Shown here: piece by piece, positions 62,387 to 64,000 of the stretch
Numbering within the stretch: the stretch's first letter is position 1
Layout of the letters: every line of letters begins with the position of its first letter
NCBI GenBank assembly: GCA_964016885.1
Contig: OZ024740.1
Location: forward strand, 351,540,001 to 351,604,000
Source of the DNA: Eledone cirrhosa
Taxonomy: Eukaryota
DNA length: 64,000 nt
Reading direction: 5' to 3'
Translations under genes and position numbers: made by a program
Notes under the pieces: generated by a model
The model's input: only the letters and a program-made list of their open reading frames with translations
Told to the model about the DNA's origin: nothing
The model's database searches: none

Positions 62387-64000
62387 TTAAACAAGGATAA
62401 ATCATTGGATAATGCACTCCATGATACAGTGGGATAAGTTTATTTGATTAGGGCTAACATTGCCTTATATGCTCAAATCCTGCCATAAACTTAATCCATC
62501 GTCTGGTTTAGCACTGTCCTTGGATGCTTTTAGCAGAGTACACTTTGTTGCAAACATTTGTGCCAGGTTTCTAGTTTGAGGATACCTTTCTCTTTTCCTG
62601 CCAATTGTTTCAGAGACCCTGACTAATCAGAAGAAAATTATACAGTTGCAAAAATCAGCATAATGCTAAGTACAAATAAATTGATTTTATTCAGGCAGTG
62701 TTTATGTAAATAATTCTAATAATGACCCACTATAATTGAAAATATATTTAGGCCATTTTTTCACTAAAGATCAAAAGAGAGTGATATGACTTAATGATTT
62801 GCTAAGCTGTATCCCACATGGCTACTACATCGTTAATTATTAAATACTGTTTGATAGCTTCATTATAATAGTATTCTTCTTTTTCAAAGGCCTAAATTCA
62901 TTTTGTCAACTTTAATTTTAATTAATAATAGTATGTTACTTGTTAGTATATGTCTATTTCTTATAGTTGATTGGTGCTAGCCTGTATATTCTTATAATCT
63001 ATAATTTAATTAAATAGCAGCTGTTTTTCTATTAATGACTTCCGCACCATTTAGTAGGCTTACTGATCAATATTTCGATATTTATGGTAAGAGAGAGAAT
63101 TCATATTTAATTTAGTTTCATTTTGTCTTTTTTAAACAAATCCCATCTTCTGTCATGGAAAAGATCAGCATTATCATTGCGTTTTTTAGAGGTCTGGTGC
63201 CTGAATGAATAAGGTACAAGATTCATCATCATCATCATCATCACTTTATGTCCACTTTCCATGCTGGCATGAGTTGGACATTTCATTATGGTAAATCAGT
63301 TTTTATTTGGAGCTAGAAGACTAGTGTGTTCCAATTTTTACATAGTTTCTACGACTGGATGTTTTTCTTAACACCAACCATGTTACAGAGTGAATTGAGT
63401 ACATTTTCTCATGGCACTAGCATAGTTGTGTAATGTAAGAGTTCAGGAACAAAGAAACATAAATGTGCAAGAGAGAAGGTTGTGCTGGTTCTGATATGTG
63501 ATGCATATGAAGGATGGCAGTTAGGTAAAAAGTGGCAAGCATTCCAACTGGAAGGGGCTTGTGGAAGAAAATAAACATAGATATGGGAAGAAATAATGAA
63601 AGCTAGATTTACTGTGAATATAAACTGAGGAATATGTGGCCCAAAAAATGGATGGTAAAGTTGGTGGGGGCGCTTATATTCGGTGTCTTATTTTGATTTT
63701 CACCAACTTCAAATTCTACCTATGTAAATAAGGTGCAAAAATATCTGGAGTGATTATTTTACAATGAAACATTGTTTTTCTCTCTTTTTCTCACTTTGCC
63801 TCTCCTCTCTCTCACTTGCTGTAAACAATCTACCTAAAGCATTGATATTTGTACGACATTAAATTGCTTCCAATTTTTTCATGGTACACATTTCATTTGA
63901 TGTGTATATTAGATAAAAATCTGATACATTTGAGAGATGGCATTATTGTTTGCTTTAAAAAAAAAGCAAAATACACCCAGGATTTGACTAGCCAAAAGTA

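Noticed and set aside
60047-64000. Search for the next CERK exon (RPKxLxVFINP..G motif)
   Set aside because: No such motif was found by eye; the kinase-domain exons are presumed to lie beyond the window.

Overview
AT-rich, repeat-dense animal genomic DNA. The SINE, RTE, Dong/R4 and Helitron repertoire is most consistent with an octopus, though this is inferred from the repeats. One host gene is visible on the + strand: the 5' end of a ceramide kinase (CERK)-like gene. Exon 1 (18014-18161) and the PH-domain exon (59780-60046) join in phase 1 across a 41.6-kb intron, and the kinase-domain exons lie beyond the window. The rest is transposon material: RTE LINEs with a PHD finger inside the RT; CR1, CRE and R4/Dong 3' ends; a decayed Gypsy pol with nested insertions; a mariner half; hAT, piggyBac and pogo MITEs; chains of non-autonomous Helitrons; two tRNA-derived SINE families; and many microsatellites. 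The least expected signal is a set of type I hammerhead ribozyme motifs in small (TA)n-embedded, Penelope-like elements. Six lie around the CERK promoter, three of the seven carry the U3-A8 core variant, and one fully base-paired copy (48659-48742) sits in the sense strand of the CERK intron. All structures were read by eye, and repeat boundaries are approximate unless termini are quoted.
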